The notes below the pieces were generated by a model that worked only from the letters and a program-made list of their open reading frames with translations, was not told the DNA's origin and did not search any database. The position numbers and the translations under genes are program-made. A stretch of DNA of 62,645 bases, counting the filler, from Vermamoeba vermiformis (taxonomy: Eukaryota): the NCBI GenBank assembly GCA_045837725.1. It is 5 parts of 5 records of this genome, joined end to end, with 100 filler letters (N's around TTAATTAATTAA, not from the genome) between each part and the next. Parts side by side here need not be neighbours in the genome. Positions count along the whole stretch, not along the records: positions 23,279 to 34,186 come from JBEWZL010000240.1; positions 34,287 to 40,691 come from JBEWZL010000241.1; 3 more parts are not named here. One strand, 5' to 3'. Positions 23,285 to 34,411 of the stretch are shown here, piece by piece (the first letter of the stretch is position 1; every line of letters begins with the position of its first letter).

Positions 23285-23504
23285 GGACTCATCCGTGTCC
23301 TGTCCGAGATCGGCGAAATAAGTCGATCCTTCCTCGGTTCTCGCTGAGGATTAGTAGGCCCAAACGTCTACTAATATTCCTTCGTGGAGAGTACTCTACG
23401 AAGCGGATTAATTGATCAGGCTTGGGGTGCTAACATCCCTAAATCAGATCGATCAAATCCCAAACTGCGACTAAAGTTGCTACTTGAAGCTTATTAAGGC
23501 TTCA
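23285..23504 (+). ncRNA. Putative structured RNA (or ssDNA) element: array of ~8 consecutive hairpins
   Basis: Stems 23308-23328, 23331-23350, 23351-23374, 23380-23403, 23405-23460, 23467-23480, 23485-23504. Six of the stems each contain a G-U pair on the + strand. May be cut by the gap. Confidence 0.6.
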
Positions 23505-23604
23505 CATAATTTTGGCGTCATAAATAAATTATAATGGTAATTATTGGCGACTAATTTTTAAATTTTCGAAGATTTGCTGATCAAATCCTTTTTAGGCCGC
23601 GCCA

Positions 23605-26600
23605 ATGAACTTAGAGGCCAAGGTCTCTTTATACTTGGAAATATTAATACTCGCGCGCAATCGCAATTGGAAGATGAACACGCCCAGTCAAGAGCTTGCA
23701 AGCGAAATTATTGGGTGCATCAAGCAGTACCCTGCAGATTCGGAGCGTGACGATTTCATATTTTACTTCGTGGTATTCTATTACCATAAAATGCTACCGC
23801 CACACGTGCCCGGCCGCAAATATTATGGAACTTGGTATCGCAAGTATCGGCAGCAGATTGCGAACGCGCTCAACATCGATCTCGACGATAAATTCTGGTC
23901 CAACTTCATGAACGTCATGAAAGCCCTCCCGAATACGTTGCGACGCGTCAAAACCTATTGCTGGTCAGAAATATCAGCAAATGTGGCTAGTGCTCACTCA
24001 ACTTCTGACGCTTCGATCCACACGGCCTACTACACTGTTTGGTGTGCCCTTCACTACCACTACGTGCATTGGGAGACCTTCGAAAGGCTTCAAGTATTAA
24101 TGATGTATATTAAGACCCAAGGAGTTGCCTGTGATTACTCGTGCCCGTTGTTTACTGGTGCCTCGCTCGTAGAACGACTGGTTATCGGCGCGCAATTACC
24201 TACGACAACTGCGCGGAAAAAGAAGGACTTCTCGCAGTCTCTAAACAAGCAATTTGAAGACATGGATTTTGTTGCAGGCTGCGATGGCTGTGGCGCCCAT
24301 TGGTTTCACTTGCAAGCTTTTGACGACGCAACACCATTGTACAAACCGGTGCCTAACCCGAAGCCCGGCTCCAAACGTCCGCGCGATAACGCTAACGAAT
24401 ACACCGATGTTCCGTCGAAGCGCCAACGCATTGAAGAACCCGATTCGCCTCGAATCAATCCTACGGAAGAAGACCGTTTGAAAGAGCTCGAGGAGAAGCA
24501 AAAGCTAATCGAAGAAAAGCAGCAGCAAATCAAGTCCCTCGAAATGAAACTTGAAGCGAGTGAAGACGAGTTGTCAAGGATTGAACGCTCGTTAAGGAAT
24601 GAGCTGCAAGAGGCTCAGCGCCAATTGCACGACAAGAACAAAGCTGTTGAAGTACTCTCGCGTCAAATCCAAGAAGAGAACAGTATTGCCGAACAGCACG
24701 CTCGCACGCAGGCACGATACGAGCAGCGAATTACCCTCCTGCTTGAAACGCAGAAATCGTTAGCTTCTGAACTCGACAAGGCGACGGTCCGCGTTGGTGA
24801 ATTAGAAGCAGAGCTCAGAAATACTGGCATAATGAATCAACATATGGGGCTAGATTCATCATTTCTTGTGTCAAATCTCCTATTGTTCTCACCCCGTCGT
24901 ACGGACTCGCCCAATGCGTCTACTGCAGCGGATTCGTCTGGATCGACTGCTAAGAACACTGCCGCAGACCCCACTCCTACAAAGAAAGCACCCAAAGACT
25001 TGGACAAAGAAGGAATGACAGAGCTTCTGTCAAATCATCATGCTACTTTCGCCGATGATTTCGTTTGGTGGCTACTGCCGCGCGAAACTCAAAAGCTGCG
25101 AGATCTGTTACTCACTCACATTTCTTGGGTAAGCCTTATTACGATCATAAAATAGACAGATATTAACCATTTAATAGTTTGAAGATTCTAATCGCCACTT
25201 TGATGTGAGTTCAGTCAATTTGGCGGATTGCAAATCCGATCAAGAAAAGTACGAGAAAATTCTGTACGCCTATTTGGTAAGTTAAAATTTAATTCAATAT
25301 AATTGTTAACATGTTTTTGAAGCAAGCAAATGCTATTCCCGACTTCATCTATCGCCTTGGTCTTTATGTAAGTACAACTCTCGCATTTAAATCGAATTAA
25401 CATTAATTGCAGCCACGAAACGGCCCGATGCAAACCTTTTTGAAAGGTCTGCAATATTGGAACCAACGTAATCCACCTAATGGAATGCCTACTGCAGTCA
25501 TTTGGACCCTTCCTTCTTTGGCTTGGGAAATTGTGTTGGACGAGCTTGATCCAGCATCGCTGCTTCAATTCGCCTGTGTTGCTCGTGATAGTTTACAGCT
25601 AGCCTATTCGACGTTTTCGTCACGAAAATGGTTGCAGATTCGATCGCATCCAGCTTGGGCAAACGTTGCTTTGAATATCCTGCGGTCTTCTCCAACAAGT
25701 GCAAAAAACATCCTGGGGTTGTCTTTGACGCTTCACGGTCTACGCATATTTAGAAATCTAATAACGGAGGAGCTAGGCGTTTCTTGGATCTCTCTGCAAG
25801 ACTTTAGTGTTCGAGCCTCAGATTTCATTACCCTGTCACGTGTACCAAAGCTCTCGGCCCTCGAACTGGTCAGAATGAAGGGCACCATTGCATCAAAGGA
25901 AAGGGAAGACATCCACCCTGACCTTAAAAGGTAACAACTAAGATTACGTACAATCGATTCTTACTTTTATCGGCAGCTTGACGAAGTTGCACGTACTTGC
26001 TTGCCATCATACCGAGAACAAGTTGGTCGCCGAGCTGGCCAAGATCTCGCTGCCAACTCTTTCTTGCTTGATCATCACTGGCATGAACGCCCCGTTAAGC
26101 TCGTACGGAGTTCTTGACAGAAGCCTTATAAAAGGCCTATTGTTTTTGGATTTGCGGTACGGGAACTTCGCTGAAGGTGCTTACCGATCCATTTCGGCAA
26201 AGCATCAACTCAGTGACATAATGAGCAGCATATTCAACGCATCACCTGGCTTGATTGGACTACGCTTGTCTATTCCCAACAAAGCTCACGATAGATCAAC
26301 GATAGCCCTGCCTAATAAGTTGCCCAGCCTTCTCAAGTACCTGGAGTTAGCCGGTATCTCAGGCTGTCCATCAATCGACCTGCGTGCAATCCGATCATGG
26401 ACAGAATTACGTGCGTTGTCCTTGGTCGATGTCACCTCGATCAGTCCAGATAAAGGCCCTCTAACGACAGCAGCGGGAACCGTTGCATTGTTTGTGGCCA
26501 GCGACGACCTTGTCTTCAGTTCGGACTCTGAAGGCGAGCGCGTGCCACTGCCTCCAGTTCAAACGAACTTCAATCCACCACTAACTCCTCGAGTGCATAT

Positions 26601-27023
26601 TGGAGGGACCACAACTCCAAGTACGTTCTTCGTACTCTCTACTTTATTAGAGAACAAAGTGTAAGTATCGCGATCTTATTTCCATTCGTTATTAAATTTT
26701 TTTTTTCCAGATTTGGTTGGCCAGCGAGTTGCACTCCACCGAGGTACATCTATACTCCCAATCGATTCGATGAATTGTTTATGGCAGAGGTAGCATATCA
26801 ACTTAGTAACCTGCCTTTCCATCACTACAACAAAGTGGTCACCCCCGATCCCTTGGAACCGTGCTTGTTCCCTGTGCCGCGACCTGCAGAGACTTCTCCG
26901 GACATGGCCCGTTACCTAGATGCTATTAACCGGCCATCAGTTTATACCCTGCCCGACAAGATTGAGAGAGACTTCATGCACTCGCCGTTAATCTCAATGT
27001 TTATCTCTAAACAAAAACTTTAA
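23605..27023 (+). CDS. Gene A of contig 2: large multi-exon protein (unknown N-terminal domain, coiled coil, internal F-box, degenerate LRRs)
   Basis: ORF 23605-25155 splices in frame through two small exons (FEDSNRH.., QANAIPDF..) into 25407-25934 (F-box LPSLAWEIVLDELDPASLLQFACVAR), then 25978-26664 and 26775-27023. The start could be 23674. Confidence 0.65.
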
Positions 27024-27109
27024 AAATTAAATGGCGAAATTTCAGCTGCTCTGGCCAATCACAACACTGCCCGCCAATTTGGCGAAAATTTAATGCGCTA
27101 CTAACTGGG

Positions 27110-27310
27110 TTGTTTCTTTGCTTAGTTTCGACAACGTGAACACAAGCACAGTACAACTCGGTAAGTAGCGCAGTACTTCTCTCGGACATCTCTGAGAGGT
27201 GAAGGGCCACTCACTCTTCATATTGAGACACTACTCAATGCGAGCTGCTCCATCCGGCAGTAACTCGCCTGCGGCCAATTCTGGAGCCTGGTTTTAACCC
27301 TAGACCCAGA
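27110..27310 (+). ncRNA. Second array of consecutive hairpins, directly upstream of gene B
   Basis: Stems 27163-27178, 27179-27198, 27199-27221, 27222-27239, 27240-27268, 27280-27310, plus a looser one at 27110-27157. Wobbles are G-U on the + strand. Confidence 0.5.
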
Positions 27311-27313
27311 CTG

Positions 27314-29492
27314 ATGAGCGACAACTTGAGAGAGGTTCGAGGCATTGCATCGTGCATACGAGAAAATAGGAGGAGAGCTGCCGAAGAGACCTCACCTAAC
27401 CGCAACCCATCCAGAAAACGGAAACGTGCCTCCTTGTCCCCTAAGGCCAGAAAGCAAAGAAAATTGCTACCGTTTACTCCTGTTCGCAAATCGCCGAAGG
27501 TAAGCGGCCCGTGTACCGAAGCTTGGGAACATTAACTAACTTGCTGCTATTTTAGGCACCCCAAAAATCTCCCGAAAATATCTCTAAATCCGCTCGCGCT
27601 CTTAGAGAACGAAATCCTCAACTGAGTTATGCTGGTACGTTTATTGTTTTGATTAACTTCTACCAGTTGGTTAATTTGATCCGCTTTAGACCCGTCCCTG
27701 AGCTCTATGTCGGAAGAATCCTTGCCTATCGGCCAAAGTGCCGAAATCGTTACTTCTGAAGATGAGGAGGGCGGTGTTAACTTCGACTCGCTAGCTCTGG
27801 CCCAAAAGGATTGGGAAGATCTCCACATCCGGGATGAGCCAACCACCGAAGATCTTGCTTTCCTGGCGCCCGAAGAAGAGGTCGTAAACGACGAGGCCTC
27901 TTTTGAAGAGGGTGAAGAGGAATACCAGTCAAGCTTCGAGGATTCTTCAGCTGAGGCAGAAGTGCAGAGCAACGCATCTAACGCGAACCAAAGTTCTACC
28001 AACAAGCCTGTCGCGTCTGTGCCAGCCGAAGAGCACCAATCCGTTGCCGGTAGCAATGAGCTAGGGAGTGAGCAACCTGATGACGACGCCAAGCCCGAGC
28101 CTGAGCCCGAGCCTGAGCATGAGCCCGAGCATGAGCCTGAGCTTGAACCCGAAGACAACGCCGGCGAACAGCAGTCAGAGAACGAAGCCGATGACGCTCA
28201 AGCTTCAACTGAAGCTGGCGAAGTCGTCAAAGCAAAGCGCAAGAAGGCTAAGTCATCCAAGCCGAAGTCTAAGGACAAGAGAGACAAGCACAAGAAAAAG
28301 AACAAGAAGAAAAAAAAGAGCAAGAAAATAATGGTTGAAGTGACTCCGCAGGAGAGTGACGAGGAAGATGAGCCGAAAGAAGGCTCAAAGCCACCCAAGT
28401 GTAGGGTTACCTTCATTATCAACCTTTAAATAAACACTCGTTAATTGTTCGATCATGTAGTCCTTGCTGGCGTTGAAGAGGCTGAGCAGCAAAGAGAACA
28501 GCTTGAGGCAGATACTTCGCCGGAGTCGAAGTCGAATGGTCGCACGCAGTTTGTCCGCTCGATGTGCCGATTGTTGGAAACTCTGTCACAACACGGAGTG
28601 TCTCTTGTTGTCAGCGCTACACACAAGACAGGAAAACTCAAGGCGCTTGTTTTTGGCGACACTGAGTTTTCGGTTAAAACGGCACCGACTGTTGATATTG
28701 AAGTCTCAAGACCAACACACAAAGCCAAAGATAATGGATCGTTAGAGCAAATGTGTAAGTAATAGGTGCATAGATTTGCAAGTCAAATGATTTACCGTTT
28801 GCGCAGTTGGCCTTCCTAAGTCCGTTGTGGATGCACTTCGAAACTGCCGGTTTTCGCAATCTGCTAGGGACAGTGTGTCTAAACTATCTGCACGACTTGC
28901 TGTAGACAACACTGCTGTAGATTCAGGTTCTGTTAGTTTGTTTGTAACACAAGAAAAACTCCCAGAAATGGACTTCGATGAGAGGACCTCAACACACATC
29001 TCGGCAGTTCTCACCGATCTTGAGCGCCTACACATTGCCCATGTTGACGTCACTGTCATGATCAAGCTAAAGATGTTCTATCTTGGCGGAGTGCTTGACT
29101 TGCTTGCGACAAAGTACCGCGGTGAGCTCAGATCAACGGCTGGTGCCAACGTTCCGGATCGCCTACTGGAGGGAAAGGTCAACGAGAGGTTGTACGACTT
29201 GTTTGGCAAATCCGTCAAGGATGGGACTCTTGCGGGAATGACTCCTGGCGAATACGATACGCGCGATGCAATGTCTTGCCCTCCTCAGTCGCCCGTCAAA
29301 CGTGATGGCTTCTGCACTTGGAAGTGTCGCTTGGCCAAATTTTATGCAGTTTGCAAATTCTGCAAAGATTTACTGTATTCGGACCTGTCTTATACATTTA
29401 TTGCGAGATCTTTTGGCGATTTTGAATCCGCTAAACAGATGTTGCAATTTATCAAAGACCATCCGGAAGAGTACCCAAATTGGAATTATTAA
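27314..29492 (+). CDS. Gene B of contig 2: multi-exon unknown protein (basic N-terminus, acidic/EP-repeat region, poly-Lys NLS, globular C-terminus)
   Basis: ORFs 27314-27535, 27707-28429, 28445-28762 and 28827-29492 join in frame through GT-AG introns. Confidence 0.65.
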
Positions 29493-29510
29493 TAAACTAT
29501 TGATTAGATA

Positions 29511-32500
29511 ATGGCATTTCAAGACGTAACAGGCTTTTACGAGAATGTGCATCCGACTTCGGGTAATTTTTTTTATTTTAAATTTTTCCGTACAATAACT
29601 TACATTTATTCTATTATAGTGCTGGGAACTCCATTCAAGAAAGCGCTGGATGACATCTTCCATGCATCAATCTCCCCCGAAAAAGAAAATCTCGCTCCCG
29701 ATCTTCCAATGGAACTTTTGAATGACGATCTTGCTATTGACGAGCACTTACTGTCATACGAAGATATTGAAATGAACCCCAGTGACTTTCTCTGCTCACC
29801 TGAAAAAACTGGTATGATCTTGTTTGCTGCGATATCCCGTAACTCACGGATCCCGCAGACAATCGCGCTAACGAAGACTGGGAAGATACTGTTCCTCAGG
29901 ACGATGGTGTAATGCTCGAAGAGGAGCACCAATCTCAAGCAGCTCCTACTTTTAATGCCAAGCCAAAGCGCAAGACTGTTCGGGCTGTTACGGGACAATA
30001 CCACCGACGCTCTTCAAGAAATAGGGCTAGTCATCACCGAGCTCGGACCCACTTCAAGCGTCCTACTAAGGAGCGTGCTCAGGACGGTCATAAAGCAATT
30101 TCAATTCGTGAGCTGACCAATAGCCAAGAGCGCGATGCTTCAAGTTCTGAAAGCCTGGAGCCAATGCAGGTTGACCACGACCCAGCAGTGCATAATGAAT
30201 TGTCACTGTCAAATGAAGAAGAGAAGCAGCTGGTTCGAGATATGAGTTTAACGTGGCAAGCTCGAGGGACCGACAAGTCAATATTCGATATTATGTCCTT
30301 TGCAAAGCTCTCGTCTGTTGTGCGGTTGAAATTCTTACGTCGCTCGGAACAGTAAGTATTCTTGCTACTAACTGAGCTTTGACTAACGCTGTTACAGATC
30401 CTACCTCCAAATGAGAGGTGAGAGTGTTAGCTACAGCGAAAGTTACCAACACTCGTTGCACGATGCCTTATCAAGTAACAATCTCAAGTCATCAGTTTAC
30501 ACTACCAGTTTGGAGTTGAATTCAGTCTCTGTCTCCTCGGAGGAGGATTTTGGGCACGATTTCAAGTCCAGTTTACGCTGGATGAACTACCATAACCGTT
30601 TTGTACCCGCGTGCTATGTGAATAAGTCTCTCGATTGCCAACTTGCGCACTCCATCGACTTTGACTTTGTTGGCTTTGCGTTTGAGTCACTGGCCTTTAT
30701 CAAGTCAAGTATGGAGATTGTCTTCGTTACAGAGCTCGTCAAATCAAAGATGCCTAGTTCGAAGATCTTGTGGCAAGGCAAGGCGGTACATAATATGCTT
30801 AATACTTTACTTGGGTGCGTATTATTTCTACAACAAGCATCGACTAACTAACACTTCTTCTACAGTACTGTTGATGAGAACTTGCCCGTGTATGTCGCTT
30901 TTCCTGACATCAGAGACCGAGATCCGTCAGAAGTCATACATGAATTCTTTGAACAAGTTGTTTATGAAGGTAACTTGGATACAACTTTAACAGCATTTAT
31001 TAACGAGCTCATCCCAAGGGGTTTTATCTTCTCCAATGTATCGTCAGACTAAGATCGCTTTGCCGTACCAAAGTTGTATCGAGAACAATGAGCCTGGTGC
31101 TATTGAGGCGTTGGAGGATTCTACATTGCCGTACTTGCAGGTGGCATTAGAAGATTACTTAGCAAGAGACAATGCGTAAGGTTCTGCACATATTTAGGTG
31201 TGCGACTAACAAACTGTTCAGGGTGAAGCCAATTTTCATCATTCAGCAGTACGGCCAAAAACGAATTCTGAAATCCGCGGAAGAGCTTCACAAAATACAT
31301 GCGAAGCACGCAGCCTTATTTGACTTAACTATGGTCTACACGCACAAGTTGGGTCAGAAGGCAATGTCTTACATTGATATTGCTAGTGACATAAGGTAAT
31401 ACGCATTGACTCAAGTAATTCTTTCTAATCACGATGCAGTTGCCACGATGATGCCTACGTGACAATGTTTTGGAATCGCAATTTATACACACTCTTATTG
31501 GATTGCTCAGCGTCACCCTTTGCAGAGTTAATGGTGCCGAACAGTACAATAACTAGACATGCACGAGCCCAGCGAAGTTTCTACTCGTCGCCGATGTAAG
31601 TGAATGATGCTTGTTTAGCCAGTTGCTAACACCAATTGCCTTACAGAGTGCGGGAGTATCCTAATTATGGCATTGGATCTCTCGCAAGTTGCGTAATCGA
31701 GTACAAGAACGAAGCAGTTCTACTCAGGAAGCTCAAGTTGTATCAGCGAGGAAGCCAAGAGTTTCGTCACGCAGTTCCATTCAGTAATGTGTGGCATGCG
31801 CTTTTGGCTTTCCCATTCGAGAAAGTGAAGATGCTTGTATCCGGTTCCGGTGTTGCGATATCAGAGGCAGTACTCAGAAGGTAAGATGCAATATTTATCT
31901 AAAACTAAACAGTAACTCAATTGGATTAGACTACGCGAGGAGGCAGCTGCTGTTGCGTCGCGCAAAGAATTCAATCGGGCAAACGCTCAGTATTCAACCT
32001 TCATGCCCCAGAAAGCGTACGGGCCACGCGTCGAACTTACACTTCAGAATGCAACATGGGATCAGCTACACAGTGCCTATCAACTGCTTGATGAATTCAG
32101 TTTGGCCTGTGCACTTACTTATAATAGCCTTAAGGCGTTGTGTCTTGAGCGATTGGTTCCATCCGAGTTGATGCGATGCAGTCCTTTGCAAACTGTTTTA
32201 ACCAAGACAGTTTGCTTATTTCCGAAAATGTTTACTGAGAGCATATCCGCTTATTTATATTTACTGCTCGACCGAATTATTGCTGGTAAGTTCCAGTCTC
32301 TAATCCCTTACGTTGTTAACTTTGTCGTGACAGATCGCAAGGCAGGCTTAATTGAATACAATGAACATTGGGTGCGCCTTGCTTTCGTATTACAAGATCA
32401 GCTGACGTACCTTTGGACTGGATCGATACAGTCATTGGTATTTCCGAAGCTGTTTCTTCGATACGAATTGGATCACGCGGTGCTCTCACAAGGCCACTAC

Positions 32501-33741
32501 TACATCAGCCCAACACTATTGGTCCTTGGGAGCAGCTTTGACAGCACCAAGCTCTATTTGCCTGTTCCTGAAAGGTGCCAAGTTGCCGAGATTGACGCTC
32601 CCATGGAACTGCTGGAAATTGATAATCTCGAGCTAATGCCCCTTCCACCACGATTTGTTTATTCCTTATTACCACAAGGACACAGCTTAGAGGACGCGCA
32701 CGCGTTCATGGAACGTGTCAAACTTTGTATGCAAGTGACAACGGGCGTTGTGCAGCCACCCCAAAAGAGCATTGGCTGGATCATCGCCAGTAACTTGGTT
32801 AATGGCCTCTTTTCGGCGCTATTTAATGCGCTTGGTATCGGTCACAGAGAAAAGAAGCAGAGCGAGTTATTGGACTCTATGCGAAGTGTCTCTTTATCTG
32901 GCGTATTTGAAGTTGTAAAATCTGTTTCGGCAAGAGCAAAAGTATGTGTTTAACTCAGGTTATATATTTTTACTAATTGTTATTATAGACAGAGGAGAGG
33001 CACGGTCAGTTGCGTTATGAAGATGTGATATCAACCACGTTTCCAATCGGCGGAGACGTGCGAGAGTTTTCAGAATGCCAGCACGTTGATCTTGCATTCA
33101 AGAAGCAGTGGCACCTTGCTCGTTCGAAGATGATTGCAGAAATGAATGTAAAGTTCAAGAGTGCCTCGCAAAAAATGCTGCAACACGAACAGCATCTTGT
33201 TGGGTATACTCCCAATGTGTTGACACCAGACAGCATTCACGGCAAGATGATTTACCTGCTCAAATCATTGAAACTGTACTTCTTTCCTGCGCTGTCAAAA
33301 ACTTATTTTTGGGGCAAAGACGGCAAGTTCTCCTTTCAACGCCTTGCTGGTGTGCAGGTGCCTCAAGCTGTGGCACGTACGGATTCTCATGGCCAGCTTG
33401 TAGTTATTCGCGAGGCTGAGCGTCAGTTGCTCGATTCTGAAATGAGAATTAAGGTACGCAACATTTGCAGTTGCAATGTCTAATACGTTGTTTAGTTGAT
33501 CGACCACATTATTTACAACACTTCTCTGGTGAGCAACTGCCGTGCCAAGACAGAACTTCGCTCGCATTGTGTATTCCATGCTTTGAAAACCAATCCATCG
33601 GCAACTTTCCCGTACAAAGCAGGTGTGCGTGACTGGATATTTGAAACCGGCTTATTTTTGTGTTGTCAAAAGAAAGAACCAATTTTGCCAGTGCCTGACA
33701 GTGAATGGATATCAATTTATCGAAAATATTTCCCTAAGTAA
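29511..33741 (+). CDS. Gene C of contig 2: large multi-exon unknown protein, possible Rep_trans-like endonuclease
   Basis: About a dozen exons join in frame. Motifs in order: HSIDFDF..SLA, VYVAFP, QYGQK, YIDIASD..MFW, KLKLYQR..E..PFSN, YGPRVEL. The function is inference only. Confidence 0.65.
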
Positions 33742-33902
33742 ACTAGACACTTGTGCACTAAATCTTAATAAAAAATCATTGCAATATTAACGTGGCTATG
33801 CAATTTCTTTTGCTTTTGTAACTCACCGGCATTGCTATTATTTTTTGTTATGCTCTTGCTCTTCTCAATGCCAAACAGATTGCCATGGTGTGTAATCAAC
33901 AC

Positions 33903-34160
33903 AGAATCCCAGTAGCCCAGAATTTTAGGTGCCTGCTCATGGAATCCTAGGTGCCCGGAATCCTAGGTGCCCACTCATGCGCACGGAATTCTAGGTGCCC
34001 AGACATGTGTGCAGAATCCTAGGTGCCCGGGATCCTACGTGCCCATCTCATGGAATTCTAGGTGCCCAGTCACGGGATCCTACGTGCCCAGGATCCTAGG
34101 TGCCCACTCATGCCTGCACGGAATTCTAGGTACCCAGTCACAGAATTCTAGGTGCCCAGA
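33903..34160 (+). repeat. Subtelomeric repeat array, ~11-12 copies of a 16-bp unit RGRATYCTASGTGCCC with 0-13 nt spacers
   Basis: Directly visible copies, e.g. GGAATCCTAGGTGCCC at 33941 and 33957. Confidence 0.9.
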
Positions 34161-34171
34161 ATCCAATTACA

Positions 34172-34186
34172 AGGGTTAGGGTTAGG
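34172..34186 (+). repeat. Start of a TTAGGG telomere tract at the contig end
   Basis: AGGGTTAGGGTTAGG immediately before the gap; only ~2.5 units visible. Confidence 0.75.
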
Positions 34187-34286
34187 NNNNNNNNNNNNNN
34201 NNNNNNNNNNNNNNNNNNNNNNNNNNNNNNTTAATTAATTAANNNNNNNNNNNNNNNNNNNNNNNNNNNNNNNNNNNNNNNNNNNN
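34187..34286. other. Artificial scaffold linker
   Basis: 100-nt N-run with TTAATTAATTAA. Confidence 0.97.
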
Positions 34287-34386
34287 AATGAACGGTGTTG
34301 TTTATATCAAATAATACATAAAAGGTAAAACATTAAAATTGGTCATTATTAATTAGCGACTGAATCGCGACCCACGATTCATCACA
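34287..34386 (-). repeat. 3' LTR (~103 bp; last 3 nt lost in the gap)
   Basis: Begins TGTGATGAA after the PPT AAGGAGAGAGAAA. 34287-34318 is identical to 39605-39636. Confidence 0.88.
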
Positions 34387-34411
34387 TTTCTCTCTCCTTA
34401 GCTTTGGACTT

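Noticed and set aside
27311-27370. Hammerhead ribozyme suggested by CTGATGAG
   Set aside because: No stem II followed by GAAA at a suitable distance; the ATG is the probable start of gene B.
27547-28158. 203-aa Ser-rich minus-strand ORF and similar antisense or shadow ORFs across pol, myosin and makorin
   Set aside because: They mirror low-complexity or codon-biased genes on the other strand or frame and have no independent motifs.
29511-33741. Telomerase or Penelope-like reverse transcriptase as gene C
   Set aside because: No RT motifs (YxDD, QG) are recognisable in the spliced protein.
33903-34160. CRISPR-like array
   Set aside because: Repeats are 16 bp, spacers are 0-13 nt and recur, the context is eukaryotic and there are no cas genes.
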